A stretch of 64,000 bases of DNA, from NCBI GenBank assembly GCA_009103225.1, contig RHPI01001428.1:484054-548053 (forward strand), in the 5' to 3' direction. Positions 23,604 through 36,722 of this stretch are shown here, piece after piece. The position numbers were made by a program, and so were the translations under genes. Positions within the stretch are counted from its first letter, which is position 1, and the number at the start of each line of letters is the position of its first letter. The stretch is from Chlorokybus atmophyticus. Taxonomy: Eukaryota > Plantae > Mesostigma and Chlorokybus algae. A model generated the notes under the pieces. That model saw only the letters and a list, made by a program, of their open reading frames with translations. It was not told where the DNA came from and did not search any database.

Positions 23604-26600
23604 TTATGGAACAGGACATGAATCCCAATAAGCTCGAAGCAACTCGCGGCAGTGCGTAAGATGCCTGTCCGGCTCCCAACGATTATGTTCCGGGCCATAC
23701 CCTTTCCATTTCACCAAATAGCGAGTTGCGCGTCCTCGACCATTTAGCTTATGGTTCAATATAGCTTCCACCTCGTATTCGAGCTCGCTGTCCACCTCAA
23801 CTGGCGGTGGTGGAGGCTGTGTTCTACCGTCTGAGCGATAAGGTTTCAACAAGTTTACATGGAACACGTTGTGTATACGCACACTTTGGGGCAATTGCAG
23901 TCGATAAGCGTGCGTACCAACTCTATCAGTGATACAAAATGGACCCAACCATCGGGGCAGCAACTTGCGAGCACCCGTAACTTTGATGGTTATGTTCTTT
24001 GCGTTAAGCAAAACTTTATCGCCGACATCGAAACTGGCCATTTTTTGATGTGTATCAGCATAAGCTTTTTGCCTGTCTTGTGCTTCTGACAGACACAGCT
24101 TGGCTCGAGCCAAATTTTCTTGCATATCAGTGGCAAATTCCTTTGCCGCTGGTAATGTCAGGGCATTGCGAGGTACACGCAATGGCGCTGGTGTGTTCGG
24201 GCGAATCCCATAGTTCAAAGAAAAATGGGGTTTCCTTTACACTTTCCTGCCACGCGTTGTTCACAGCGAACTCTGCCATTGGCAAGTACCTGTCCTAATC
24301 AGCATGATTAGGAGCCACATAGTGGCGAAGCATTTCTTCTAGTATCTGATTTGCTCGCTCAGTTTGACCGTCCGTTTGCGGGTGGAAAGCAGTCGACATG
24401 CTTTGTTTTACCCCCAACAATTCACAGACTTCTCGCCAAAACTTGAAGACAAACCGAGGATCACGATCTGTGACAAGTTCACGCGGTACACCGTGAACGC
24501 GAAAGGCCGTGGACACAAATAAGTGTGCCAAGTCCCGTGCACTTACAGTTGTGCAACACGGGGCAAAATGCACCAATTTAGTCAAACGGTCGACAAAAAC
24601 CACAATAGCAGTGTATTTAGCTGCTGTTTCAGGTAGGTCAGTAATCAAATCCATACTGACACTATTCCACTTTTGTTCTGGAATTGCCAATGGTTTAAGC
24701 AATCCCGCTTGTTTTTGTCGTAGTGGCTTATTACGTAGACACACGTCACATGTGCGAACATATTGATCCACGTCAGCTGACATTGACGACCACCAGTATA
24801 ACTGTTGCGCAGATTTGAGTGTTTTGTGTTTTCCCAAATGCCCAGCATACGGCGGGTCATGCACTGAATGTAAGCATTGCTTACGCAAGTCGCCCGAGTT
24901 GGGAATTGCCAACTGCTCCCCTTTATACCACAGATTGCTAACAGCAGTAAGCTGTTGCAAGTTGGTTTGACTGCTAAACCAATCATCTGAGTTATAACCT
25001 GTGGACACTTCTTTTAAGAAAGGATCTTCAGGCTGTTGTACATTACGCGTACTTCGAGAGCGCGTAAGTGCAAAAAGAGCAGGGCTGCGACTTAGTGGAT
25101 CCGCCACATTGGTGCGACCCGGACAGTATTGCCAAGTGAAAGTGAAACGAGAAATGAATTCATTCCACCTAGCTTGCCGCCTCGACAGATTTTGTTGCGT
25201 ATGAAAGAATGTGAGCGGGTTGTGATCAGTAATCACTGAAAACTCCACCCCTTCCAAGTAGCAACGCCATGTGCGCAGCGCGTGCACCACCCCAAGCAAT
25301 TCTCGCTCAGTGGTTGTGTAATTACGTTCAGCAGGAATAACCTTTTTGCTTTCATATGCACATGGTCTGTCATCCTGTAGAAGGACTGCCCCACACCCAA
25401 TGGTGGAAGCATCACTGATCACCACAAAAGGCTTGGTGTGGTCGGGGAAGGCTAACACAGGGGCTTGTGTTAATGCATCTTTAATGCGTGTAAAAGCAAC
25501 CTCGTGTGCCTCCGTCCACACAAATTTAACATCTTTTCTTAGTAAAGATGTTAAAGAATTTGCCATGCCAGAATATGCTCACATGAACTTGCGGAAATAA
25601 TTGGCTAGCTTCAAGAAAGCACGTAACTGATGTACATCCTTGGGTGGTGGCCAATCCTTTACCGCACACACCTTTTGAGGATCTGGTTTCAATCCTTCTT
25701 TGCCAGTCACATGCCCTAAAAAGGGTAGTTCATCCTTTGCAAAGTTGCATGTGGACAGGTTGGCATAGAATTTGTGTTCGCGTAACTTAGCTAGAACCAA
25801 TTCCACATGCCTGTGGTGGTCCTCCCGGGTTTTGCTGGACACAATAATGTCGTCGAGATATACCAATACAAACTTGTACAACTCATCAGCAAACACCACG
25901 TTCATTGCTATCTGAAATGTAGCCGGTGCATTTGTTAACCCAAATGGTAACACTTTATACTTAAAGTGTCCTAGTGGGGTGCGAAATGCAGTTTTTTGTA
26001 TATCCGACGGGTGAATTTTGATTTGATGATACCCATTGGTCAAATCCAGCGTGCTGAACACTGTCGCACCTGACAGCTTATCAAACAAGTCATAAATCCG
26101 AGGCAAAGGGTATCGGTTTTTCACAGTCACCTTGTTCAACGCACGGTAATTAATACACATGCGTAGCTTGCCATTCTTTTTGGGCACAAACAAAATTGGT
26201 GCATCAAAAGGAGATATGCTCTTTGTTATTAAACCTTTGTCCAATAACTCTTTGAGCTGTTTTTCCATCTCCGCATGTTCCAAGGGACTTAGCCTGTATA
26301 TAAGCCGCCAAGGTGGCTTTGCCCCCTCCTCTAACGGAATGGTATGATGTATGTTTCGATCGGGAGGCAACTCTGGGAGTTCATCCTGAAATACATCTGC
26401 GTATTGTTCCGTAAGTGACTGCACCACAGGGTCACTGATAGCCTGTTCAGCAGGTGTTTCCACCTGTCTTAAGTGCAGTAAGTATACTTCCTCACGTTTA
26501 CGCATGCAACGTTTCAATTGCATAGCAGAGAGGAGCGGAACATTATTGTGAGGTACACGTGCGAGTACAGATGCTGTTAAAGTCATCCTACGTTTCCCTT

Positions 26601-27336
26601 TACAAAGGGTGCACGTATTGGCTTTAGAGTTTAATTGTAAACCTGCTTCAGTGTGCCATTGTTCCCCTAAAACAACATCCACCCCGGGGATACCAATAAC
26701 CACCACGATGAAGGCTGGTCGGGTTTTATGGCCATTAATAACAAAACACCCTTTTACCTCTCCCATTGCATTGAGAGTGGAAGCAGCAGCACGTACATAT
26801 GACGTGACTGGTGCGAAAGGAATGTGTTTACGTTTCACCCAAGCATGTTCAACAAAGTTATGGTTTGCACCAGTATCAATCAATGCTGTACATGGTGTAC
26901 CCATAAGTTGACTCTCAAATTTCCATTTGAGTGGCACTGAGTGACCATCAAATGTAGCTAATGTCGGAGTGCCGTGATTGGTAGCAGACTTGATAAAGAT
27001 CACTTGCAACGGTGAAGCTCCTGTATCTTTGCGTGAGAGTTGCATGATTACTTCTCCCCCTTTCAACAATCGCGACCACAAGCCATGATATCGAGGGATA
27101 ACTACACATGCAGTGACAGCATGTTGTAATTGCAACTCGTGTAAGTGCTTAACAGCAGTTACTAATTTCGAGAATGGAACATTGATTAAAACACAACCGT
27201 TTGCATTTGTCAACACAGGTGGTGTGCTCAAATCAGTCCAAACATCTGATACATCACAAAGAGAGGAAACTTTACCAAGAAGTACAGAGTTTTTAAAGTC
27301 GTTCTGCTCGACTAAGCTACCAACCACGGACAATTC
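23604..27336 (-). pseudogene. Gypsy pol (PR-RT-RH-IN-chromodomain) with two in-frame nonsense codons
   Basis: ALIDTGA protease, YLDD, VISDAS, GQTERAN and chromodomain YEVEAILNH..YLVKWKGY. Stops are TGA at ~25579 (likely from CGA) and TAG at ~24295 (likely from TGG; paralog reads SDWD). Confidence 0.92.
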
Positions 27337-28410
27337 CTATTTCTTGTCTCTCTGCTGCTTGGCCTTCTGTGCATTCTGTTTTGCATAGCACTTAGCCTCC
27401 CCATGACCTGTCTTCTTGCAGAAACTGCAAGTGATGATGGATTTGGCCGCGTTGTAGGGGCTAGCAGGATGAGATGTTTTCGTCTTTTTCACAAAAGGTT
27501 TGTTGTCAGTGGCCGGGCGCTTTGCAGCTGAAACCGGGGCTGCCTCTTTTGCCGTGGTTTGCATGTTTGCGTGAGAGCGCTTTACACTGTCCACAGCAGC
27601 AACCATCTGCATCAGCATTGGTAAATCCGTCGAGGCCCACTCTTGCAAACTCGCGGGGTTGACGGCCACATGCTGCACGAGTTCTGTGTCCAAGCCACGC
27701 CTAAACATATCCAGCTGATCAGCATCACTGATAGGTAGTTTGCCAGCATTGATCTTGCTGACAAACGATTGAAAATCCTGGATATACTGCTGAACCGGAC
27801 GCCCGTTCTGACGCAGGTTGTGCAGCTGGTTGCGAGCAACCTGGGCAGGATCTGCGCCACCATAGCGCTGCTCCATGAAAGAGCACAACTGATTTACTTC
27901 CCGCCCGAGATTTGTATCCCGTTGCTTACGGCGGTACCACTCTGCTAGAGCATCGTTTGGGATCAGCAACTCAGCTACACGCAATTTCCCCTCCTCAGGA
28001 ATGTGAAGGGAGTTGACATAGTGTCGCAGCTTCACAAGCCAATCGAAGATGGCCGCTTGCTTGTTGGGAATAAACTCGGCAGGACGAGCAAGAGCTTGAA
28101 CAGGTGGACCACCATCAGCACGTTGAAGACGCTCGATCATGTTCAGAACACGTTTGCCTTCACCCATTTGCCCCTCCCAATCTCGCCCCATAAAGGTGGT
28201 GAGCTTTGAAACTTTTTCTGCCAAAAGGAAGAGAAAGTTCACGAGTGAGACAATTGCCTCACGAGGGTCCTGATCATAGGTGCTGAGGAAATGCTCCATT
28301 AAGTCCTGCTGTGTTATGCGAATAGAAAACTCAGGGAATATAGAAGGTGATACTATCATCCACTGAAGCTTCCGCAGCTTTGGCAGCTTGAGACTCATCA
28401 GGTGCATCAT
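27337..28410 (-). CDS. Gypsy gag with CCHC zinc knuckle; N-terminus probably frameshifted
   Basis: LHNLRQ..VQQYIQDF, FRRGL, CSFCKKTGHGEAKC; position between the PBS and pol. Confidence 0.8.
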   Translation of the reverse strand: MMHLMSLKLPKLRKLQWMIVSPSIFPEFSIRITQQDLMEHFLSTYDQDPREAIVSLVNFLFLLAEKVSKLTTFMGRDWEGQMGEGKRVLNMIERLQRADGGPPVQALARPAEFIPNKQAAIFDWLVKLRHYVNSLHIPEEGKLRVAELLIPNDALAEWYRRKQRDTNLGREVNQLCSFMEQRYGGADPAQVARNQLHNLRQNGRPVQQYIQDFQSFVSKINAGKLPISDADQLDMFRRGLDTELVQHVAVNPASLQEWASTDLPMLMQMVAAVDSVKRSHANMQTTAKEAAPVSAAKRPATDNKPFVKKTKTSHPASPYNAAKSIITCSFCKKTGHGEAKCYAKQNAQKAKQQRDKK

Positions 28411-28729
28411 CCGGATTCAGAATATCTTCCATGGATGGAAATTCCTCCTCACGGGAAGGTTGCTCTTTTTTCGAGCTCTCCCCTTTTGAGGTGGGCACCG
28501 AGTTTTCTTCCATTTGTCTGCAAAACAGTCAGAATGGGATGGTGAGAACCTCACCAATGGACCAAGTTCAACGAGAGGATAAAAATGACCCCAAGTTGTA
28601 AAAGTCCCAAACAGAGTCCAAACCAATCCCGAAATAGGAAAGGTTGGATCTGAAGTGTCATCAAACAGAACAAGTCTGAGTGGGACCAGAATGTCCTAAC
28701 CCTGTGTTGTCCTCAACTAAGTCCCAATC

Positions 28730-29170
28730 TCCAGGTCGAAGCCAGAGGGGGAGGGTTTCAGACTAACAGGGTTTGGGAGCAGAATGTCTTAGAACCTCCC
28801 CACAACTGTTCTAACCAAGTCCCGATCTCCAGGCCGAAGCCAGAGGGGGAGGGTTTGGGAACAGTTTGGTTTGAAACTTACGGACCCGGGTCAAACGACC
28901 CGGCAAAGCCGCTGGCAGGTCACAGGTACGTCACAGGCATGCAATAGGCAAGCCACAGGCATGCAATAGGCAAGCTGTACGGTGACTAACTGTGACATGC
29001 ACTGGCAAGCACAATGACAAGCAATCACTGCATGCAATGACAGGTAATCACTGCAAGCAATGATAGTGCACTAAGTGTTACAAACAGTGATGGCACACTA
29101 GCAAGCCGCAATCACCGCATGCAATGACAGGCAATCACTGCAAGTAATGATAGTGCACTGGCAAGTCATT
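28730..29170. repeat. Clusters of short tandem/direct repeats in the gypsy 5' untranslated region
   Basis: CC(A/G)ATCTCCAGG(T/C)CGAAGCCAGAGGGGGAGGGTTT x2, CACAGGCATGCAATAGGCAAGC x2, and a ~50-bp GCAATCAC..GATAGTGCACT unit x2. Confidence 0.8.
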
Positions 29171-30463
29171 GTGTGATGTGCATGAAAGTACACACGTGCA
29201 CCTGGCAAGCACCTGGCAAGCAGGCAAGTCACCGACGTGTGTGATGGTACCTCACACGTAGAGAGGCCGCCTTTTTAATAAGTGGCTTCAACGTGGAGGT
29301 AGCGCAGGGAAGCGAACTTGAAGCCTGGGCTGCGTGGACGAATAGGAGGCCGCCGCCGACGCCTTCTGGATGGCCGAAAGCAGGTCGCCGCCCCCTATAA
29401 GTACCCACGTCACCCCCCAGCTCCTGGATACCAATGTAACAGCACCACCGTCGCCGGTGATGCCCCTTCAATCCTCTACCCCAACACCCACACCGCTTAT
29501 GACAAGCCTTTCAACGGCGTGGCCGCCACTGAGCAGAGAACTGAAAGTCCCCACATCAGATTGATGTGACCTTTTATATCAAGAGTATATCAACTATATA
29601 CCTCTCGATATTAACTCACAACTAGACATCGACCCTACAGATAGGGTAGTTAGAAAATCTAGCGTGAGCCAATCACAGCTCAGATAAGGTACCTATCGAT
29701 AAGGTATCTATCCAAAGATACCTATCGTAAGGTACCTAACGAGATAGTGATCACATTGTATCAATGTGACACTAAATAGGCTTGAATAAGCGGTTCTACA
29801 CCCATTGGGACTTATTTAAGCTATGATAAAGCATCATAGCCTTTAATAAGCGAGGAACCGTAGAAAAGAGGTATAAATAAGCATGTTTAAATACTTATTC
29901 ATACAAAATGTGTTATTTAGGTAGCAATAATACCCCTATTATTATTGCTCCCGTTACAAGTGCGGGGGGTGGAGGCGACGAAGCGTCGCAAGTATGGTGA
30001 CCACGCGCCGGGAGACACCATCATGCCCATGCACAACCTCTACCTGCCCACCCCTCTCCCTCATTGCACGTAGCTACAGCACGTAGGTAGGCATTGCCCT
30101 TGCCTTTATGGATAGTTGATAATTGATGTACTGTGTGCTCTATCTCGATGACTATTATACTGGCTACCGTGCTTGCTCCCCATGATCAACACCGGTTGTT
30201 GGCATCTGCCATACACATCATGCTGATATAATGTCACAACACAATTCAACAACCATGAATTTGCAAAACTGCGCGCTATATATATGGCTATATACAGTGC
30301 GTGCAGAGTTGCAATGATGGCACATACATCCGTATCTTTTACGCCTTGCTTGGTGTAACGCTTAGGGGCCCAGTACACTCTTGTATTCCTTCCTTGCTGC
30401 CTTGCTTACTACTCACACTAATTTGAACTGTCTGCCGTGGACACTGTTCAGTCTGCTGAGAGG

Positions 30464-30485
30464 NNNNNNNNNNNNNNNNNNNNNN
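30464..30485. other. Assembly gap (N) next to a G-run
   Basis: N run. Confidence 0.99.
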
Positions 30486-30663
30486 GGGGGGAGGGGGGGT
30501 AACTCTATAGAGTTGATATGTTATACGGCTTGTTGCATGTTATGAGACGTTACGTGGCAGCCCTGTTGCGCTAATTAGCCAACAACCTTGTGCTTAGAGG
30601 CGCATCACGTGGAACATTTGCTTCTACCATCACATAGTTAGTAATTCTCTTCACCCATGTAAG

Positions 30664-33600
30664 CTAGCTAACCGAATGCATCCGTCCATGAACACCAAGC
30701 GACTTAGCTCGAGGGCGATGCGCGACCAGCATCTTCTCTACGATTGCAGGGTCCAGCGGCGTGGGCTTGATGCAGCGCTCGCCCGCCGCATGGCACAACT
30801 CCTCCAGCATGTTGTCCACAACAGTTTCATCATCCACAAACCGCCGCAGGGGCTCCCTCAACACATGCGTATTAAGCTCAATCTGATGACACCTGCATGC
30901 ACCAAAGGAATGTTTGCATGAGGGCTATGCATATGTATGCTTCCTCAATGCACATATGTGTCTCGTGCCCATTGTTAAGTCATCTCCAACCACTCACCCG
31001 CCGGTGCTGAGGGTTTCAAGGCGAACGCATTCAATGTAGCTCTTGAGGGCAACCCGGATGAGACCGCTAAGGACAGAGACCTGCGTGAACTCCAGCTTGC
31101 TCTGGAACACGACGGCTTTCTGCGTGAAGAGCCTCGCAACATCGCGCTCGAGCCCCGATGCCGCTCCCGCACTGCTGTTACCCAAGTTGCTCATGCGCCC
31201 GAAACTGCTGCCGCGTGCATGCCTTGGACCTGAAAGAGCAGGCAAACAAGTTGGCATCACCGTTTACCAAAAATCTAACAACTCACAAGATGCGTTGACC
31301 AAATTGTTGTGAAAGCGCGTTGGCTTGCAAAGACTTAGAGTGGCGTGCGTGGGTGACAACGCACATCATACACATGTACTAACATAAAGCCTGACCTGGT
31401 GGCAAGCCTCCGGCAATCGCGCCAGCTGATCCAGACCGCGCGAGTGACGGCCGCTGGCCCTCATCCAGCAGCTGCAAGGCTTCGGCCTCAGCTGTGTGGA
31501 GCAGGTTCAGCAGCTGGTCCACCACAGGAGATGCTTCCTGAGGTTCTTGAGCCTGCCGGGTCTCGCATATCAGATGAGAACTTACTCAAGGGTGGCAACT
31601 ACAACCCTTACCCACGATTTTCTACCACCAACCTACCTGCAACCAATCGACTCCAGTGATCGACTTTTGCACGAGCATATCCAGCTTGCGGCCCTGTTGA
31701 ATACAACTATGTGAGCAAACTACCAACACTTGGTGGACAACTTGTGCTTGTGGTGTGCACAAACAAAGTAAAGTTTACAAACCTGTGCAGCAACGTAGTG
31801 TGACAGCAGCTTTTCGCCAGCTGTGCGCAATGCGCGCATCATCTCGCCTGCGACAAAGGGCGGAGCGTGCCCAGCGCCTCGTTGGCCACCACCTGCATGG
31901 TTTTGGCATCGGCGTTTTTTCAATACGCAAAGGGTGTTGCAGCGCCATTGATCTTTAGTGTACTACTGGCATTGCATGCACAATCATACTGGGAAGGGTA
32001 TGCCCGCAAATAACCTACAGCGACACCGATGATGCACGCATGCACGCATGCAACCAAACTGCTGTCTCACCAGAGAAAGCGTGGGCCAGTGACTCCATCA
32101 CGTGCGGCACGCTCGACAATTCTAGATACAGACAGACACGCGCCAGAAGAAGAATCAACCCGGCTGGCAGCGGTGGCATCGACTGCGAGCCAGCAGCAGA
32201 AGCGGCATCCGCCTGCTTGCTGCCAGGCGCCTGTGCGGACGTGAACGGCGTTGATGACGTGAACGGGGAGTTGGGAGAGTTTGGCGTCGACTGAGGTACT
32301 GTGGCAGGCAACAGCTGGCATGTGTCGCTGAAGGTGGCAATAAGTGAGGTGAACAGCTGTTGGAAATGAGCCTGCATAAGGTCACGCACTGAGTCAGTTA
32401 CAGTGAAACCCCATCAATCACGATTGCTTTCTGACAGATAGTTGAAGTATGTGACACTCACATGCACAAGATCAATGTAGGTGTCCCTCTCGTTGCCAAG
32501 ACACTTGGTTTTCTCGCTCAAAAGAATCGCCAGCTCCTTTACTACCTCATCAATGCCCTGGCATACCAACCAGGGGTAAGTATATTAGACACTGCGGTTT
32601 ACCTTGCACCCATCAACAATCACAGACAACAAGAAGTAGTAATGTTTCCCGAGCAGATATCAGCAAGCCTATACGTGAGCATGAGTACAATGCACACTTC
32701 AGACACAATGCGACACAGTAAAATAGACTTCAAGACAACACAATGATGTACCTTGACAAACAAGACGCAGAGGTTTTCATACAACCCACGCAGCTGCCCC
32801 CTCAGCAGCCTGCCAGTGCTGCTGTTGGGATCAATGGGCGGCGTGCCGCTGCCTGGGGAGGGTGGAGGCGTGCCGGATGAGGCTGATGATGGACGGGGTG
32901 GTGCAGGGCCGGGATCGGACATGGCAGCTTGTCGGGACGTGGGCGCATCGGATGGGAGCGTTGTTCGGGCGCTCTGCAGTTCGTGAGTAGTGCGTTGGGG
33001 TCCTCAGCTAGAGCATATGGTAAGCTTGTACTTATTGTTTACGGAGCAATCAGGAAAGCTTACTGTCATGAAGTTGCGAACCTGTATAGCACTGGCAACC
33101 CGAGTTTCGATTTGTGCAAAATGTGCGCGGATGTGGTAGCGGACAACATGGTCGAGCAGCTCAGCCGCCCTGTCCGTAAGGGCTGCAGCATACCGAGACC
33201 ACAACTCAACTCCAAACAACAAATGTTCATTCCCAACAGCTTGTTGCAAACACCACACACAAGCTGCACGGCACTTACCGGCCTTTGGAACCACGCCGTG
33301 CACGCGGTTGGCGGTGGCCCACGCGCCCTCCAGACCGATGGCGAGCTCGTGGGCGGAGTAGAGGCGGCCCGGGGCGGTCAGCACACCACGGAGAAGCGCA
33401 AAGTAGAAGTGTGCGAACAACTCGCGCGTGTGCTCCGTAAGACGCTTCGGCGCGTTCGGAAACAGGTCTGCGTAGGCCGTCGCCATCGTCATGTACTCCG
33501 AAAGAAAGCCCTGCAACACAATGATCATCAGCCGACAGTCAATACCGCTAGCTACTCAGTACACGCACTTCAGGCCTCCATGTTAACCTCAGATCCTCAA

Positions 33601-35719
33601 AATATTATTACCATATGCTAATGCGGGCTGAACGAGGACTGATCAACTGTATGAAAGCATGGTTGAGCGTGTGGCAAACAAGTGGCTGGGCAGATAGCTG
33701 CCGACCACCATGATTTAGAAGTAGTACTAGGAAGGTCATGGACGATGAGCAATGCGACTCACCTGGTTGACATCAGTCACAAACTGGCCAACAGAGACAT
33801 TGCTGTCATTTCCAGGCAAAACCGTGCCATAACTGTCCTCGTGCCTGCAAGCGACATAGTTTCAGTGCCAAGGCTGTGTACACAAGGAAAGCCACCACAA
33901 AACCACAAGCAATGCATACCCGCGTGCGTCTTTGATGCCCGCAGCTAGCTCCCGCGTGAGCGACCCGCTCTCCGCGGTGAGCAGTCCTGCCGCTTGAGCG
34001 CGCTGGGCCGCGGCACCCAGCCGTCGTGTGAGGCTTTTGCAGCGCGAAACCAGGAACTCTCCCTGCGAAACCACCTTGTGTTTGCATATGAAGCTTTCCT
34101 TGCACTTTGTTGGAAGCATTGCAGAATGAACGGACAGGCGAAAACCTCAACATTCTAATGTCCTTGCGACAGGCGCTCACCTGCATAGCCTCCATTGGCT
34201 CCCGTAAGTCCTTCAGCAGAGAGACAAAGCTTGCAGCTTCCTGCATATACGTACACACAAACAATGTGGACATGACGATTCTGTTGGGAACTTCAGACTA
34301 CAGGAGCTGGAAGTGTGCCGGAAACATGTGCTGCGCATGCTTTCTGTTACACAGCGAGAGGTCATCCGGGTATCACAGAACGCGGTAATGGAGCTCAAAG
34401 TAATGTGACATATTGTCATGGGTTGTGGGCTAACCAACAAGTATGCCCTGTCTGAATGTACGTTACAGCTGACAGGCACCTGTGCTGAAGTGGACGGCGA
34501 TGTCATCAGTTCCTTCAATCTGGCACGCACACCAGAAATGGCATCTTCAGCGTCTGACTGCGGAAAGGCAAAAGGGAGAGACAAGTAGCAATCAGCAGCA
34601 GGCAAATGGAGGCATGGGCATGCCGCAACCCACACGTGCGACCATGCTATTGCAGACCTTTGCGGATGCGAATGAAGAGGTGCCATACTTCTTGAACAGC
34701 GGCTGCGCACCAAGATACAGCCTGATTGCAACGTCGAACTGCTGGCGCTGAGCAGCTGCTGTGATGCGCTGGGGCAGGTCAAACACAACCTGCGCCACGT
34801 GCACACAACAAGATAAAGCCTGCGTGCTCCATACTCAGCATTGTTGTAAAGGGGACAATTATGAACGGCGACCTGTAGCTTGTTGAGTAGCCCTCTGATG
34901 GAGTTCAGCTCTTCGATCTTGTTGCGACGGTCGAACAGCGTCGTGTTCACCACTTGGGACTTCTGACTTATGCCGGCCATCGTTGTCAGCAGCTCTTCCA
35001 TACGGGCTTCCATGCCAGACACATTGTCCTATACAAAGGCTGCCATTGTGAGCCCTGAAACAGTGAGCACTCCTGTATGTTGGGTGCACCAGTGCATGCA
35101 CACCTTCATGCGGCGGATGGTGTCTGTGGCGCTGATGAACTTGTTGTAATTCTCATACACAAGCATTTGCATGTCACCATCAAGCGTTTTCACTTCCTGT
35201 CAAAAACGCAAAAAGGTATGTGGAAGTAAACTAAAGGAGTCATACGCAAGCAGATGAATGGTGCCTCCTGTTGCAAAAAGTATTACTGCTACCTTGAAGC
35301 CTTGTTGGTCCATACCTGTGACATCTCAACATGTTTACTGAGCAACCCATCCAGCTTGGTGTCTTTAACCAGCTTTGCCATGTACCGCTCAACATCAAAC
35401 TCCGCGCTATCAATACCTCCAGCCCTACCATTGACAATGTACACAAAAGCAAACAGATTGCCAACACCCATTGCACAAACTCACGCGCGATCATGCGCAT
35501 GCATGTGCATGCACGGACCCAAGCGCGCAAGCTCGTGGGAGCGTGGTATACGATGGACAACACATGCATGTGTGCAATGCATTACCGTGAGCTGAACATG
35601 GGGCTCTCCTGCGCCTGCACAGGCTCTGCCTGGCCCTTGCCGGACGCCGCCGCGCCGCCGTCATCTGTGCCATAGTAGCTGCTCAACAACGAGCGCACAC
35701 GCTCCGCCTTCTCGTCCAT
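30664..35719 (-). CDS. VPS51: GARP/EARP tethering complex subunit VPS51 (Fat-free/Ang2), multi-exon
   Basis: [17 protein letters not shown]; [25 protein letters not shown]; [26 protein letters not shown]; [18 protein letters not shown]; C-terminal [10 protein letters not shown] and [14 protein letters not shown]. Confidence 0.9.
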
Positions 35720-36722
35720 GCTGCCAACAGGACAGCAGCAAGCTTTTAACGTACATCCGTGCGGTGTATGAAAATGTAAAAACATCCTTTCAACTTAGTA
35801 GAACAACCCCCCTGTGCAGCGTGAGACGCTTGAAGAGTACACTGTGCAGCTGTGCGCACATCACGCTGGAACAGTGGCCTGTGAGCACACGCCAAGGGGC
35901 ATGACAGCCTTCTTTGTTTTCCCCAATAATGCTGATAAACTTACTAAAGATTGGATGCGAACGCACACACGCGTGTGCACTACCGAGGGTGGGTGCAAGA
36001 CAAACGAGCTGCTTCACGGACCAAACCTCAAGGCAAATTTCAAATGATAATCTACGGAATTGCATATCCGTAAGCACATACCACACGAAAGCAATCAAGA
36101 GTGACTACTTTGCAACTGCACGGTGGGTGGCAAGTCTGCTTCAGACGAAGCATACAAGCAGGAGGGGCTCAATGTACTCGAGATCAGCCTACATTTGCCT
36201 GCTGTTGGTATGCGTTATTTGTGTGTGCAAAGAAAGGTTTGATGCCATACCAACCTCAGCAGTTACGACTAGTGTTGCTGAAGACGATCAGCTAAAAGAC
36301 ACAATTTGTTGCAATCGTTTGGAACAGTGTTCATGCTTCAGCGCGTCTAGTAGTAATGCCTGCAAGTCCACGCAATGTTGCAGACACAAAATGATCAAGC
36401 AACCACCTGATCTGCTGCTCACACACCTGCCCATTTAAGGACAACCAGTGCCAACAACCGTCAACCCGTTGCCATCAAGGCTACTTCTTCACTACTCCAT
36501 CCAATCTGCGGGCAAGCTCGCTTGATCCCCTCTCCTTGATGCCATGCCTGTTGCCCACCACCGCCTCCCCCGCTGTAGCCTCCGCCGGCGCAACAGCGTA
36601 CACCAACTGCCAGATGGCAGCTGCTGGTGAGCACTGATTAGGGCTGCCGTCGTGGCGCGGCGGCGGGAAGGAGTTGGCTGGGCGGCGCTGTCGCTGGCAG
36701 CATTGTTGGTGCCGGCCTCGTC

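Larger units (their letters stand above)
22931..29958 (-). mobile_element. Full-length Ty3/gypsy chromovirus, decaying
   Basis: LTRs at 22931-23456 and 29435-29958 (~11 substitutions plus 2 indels by eye), TSD AGTGC, PBS TGGTATCCAGGAGC, PPT AAGTGGGGGGGAA. Confidence 0.96.
22900..30040 (+). pseudogene. Short relic of a non-LTR retrotransposon restriction-like endonuclease (RLE) domain, split by the gypsy at 22931-29958
   Basis: The empty-site join reads DQPEAAVRGVEATKRRKYGDHAPGDTIMP, homologous to KCGKYGDHTAGDKFIP at 40325. Confidence 0.55.

Noticed and set aside
27337-27339. Non-standard genetic code (TAA/TAG = Gln, as in some ulvophytes) explaining in-frame stops
   Set aside because: The 1314-aa and 1016-aa ORFs contain no in-frame TAA/TAG and use CAA/CAG for Gln, and TAA terminates pol at 11755.
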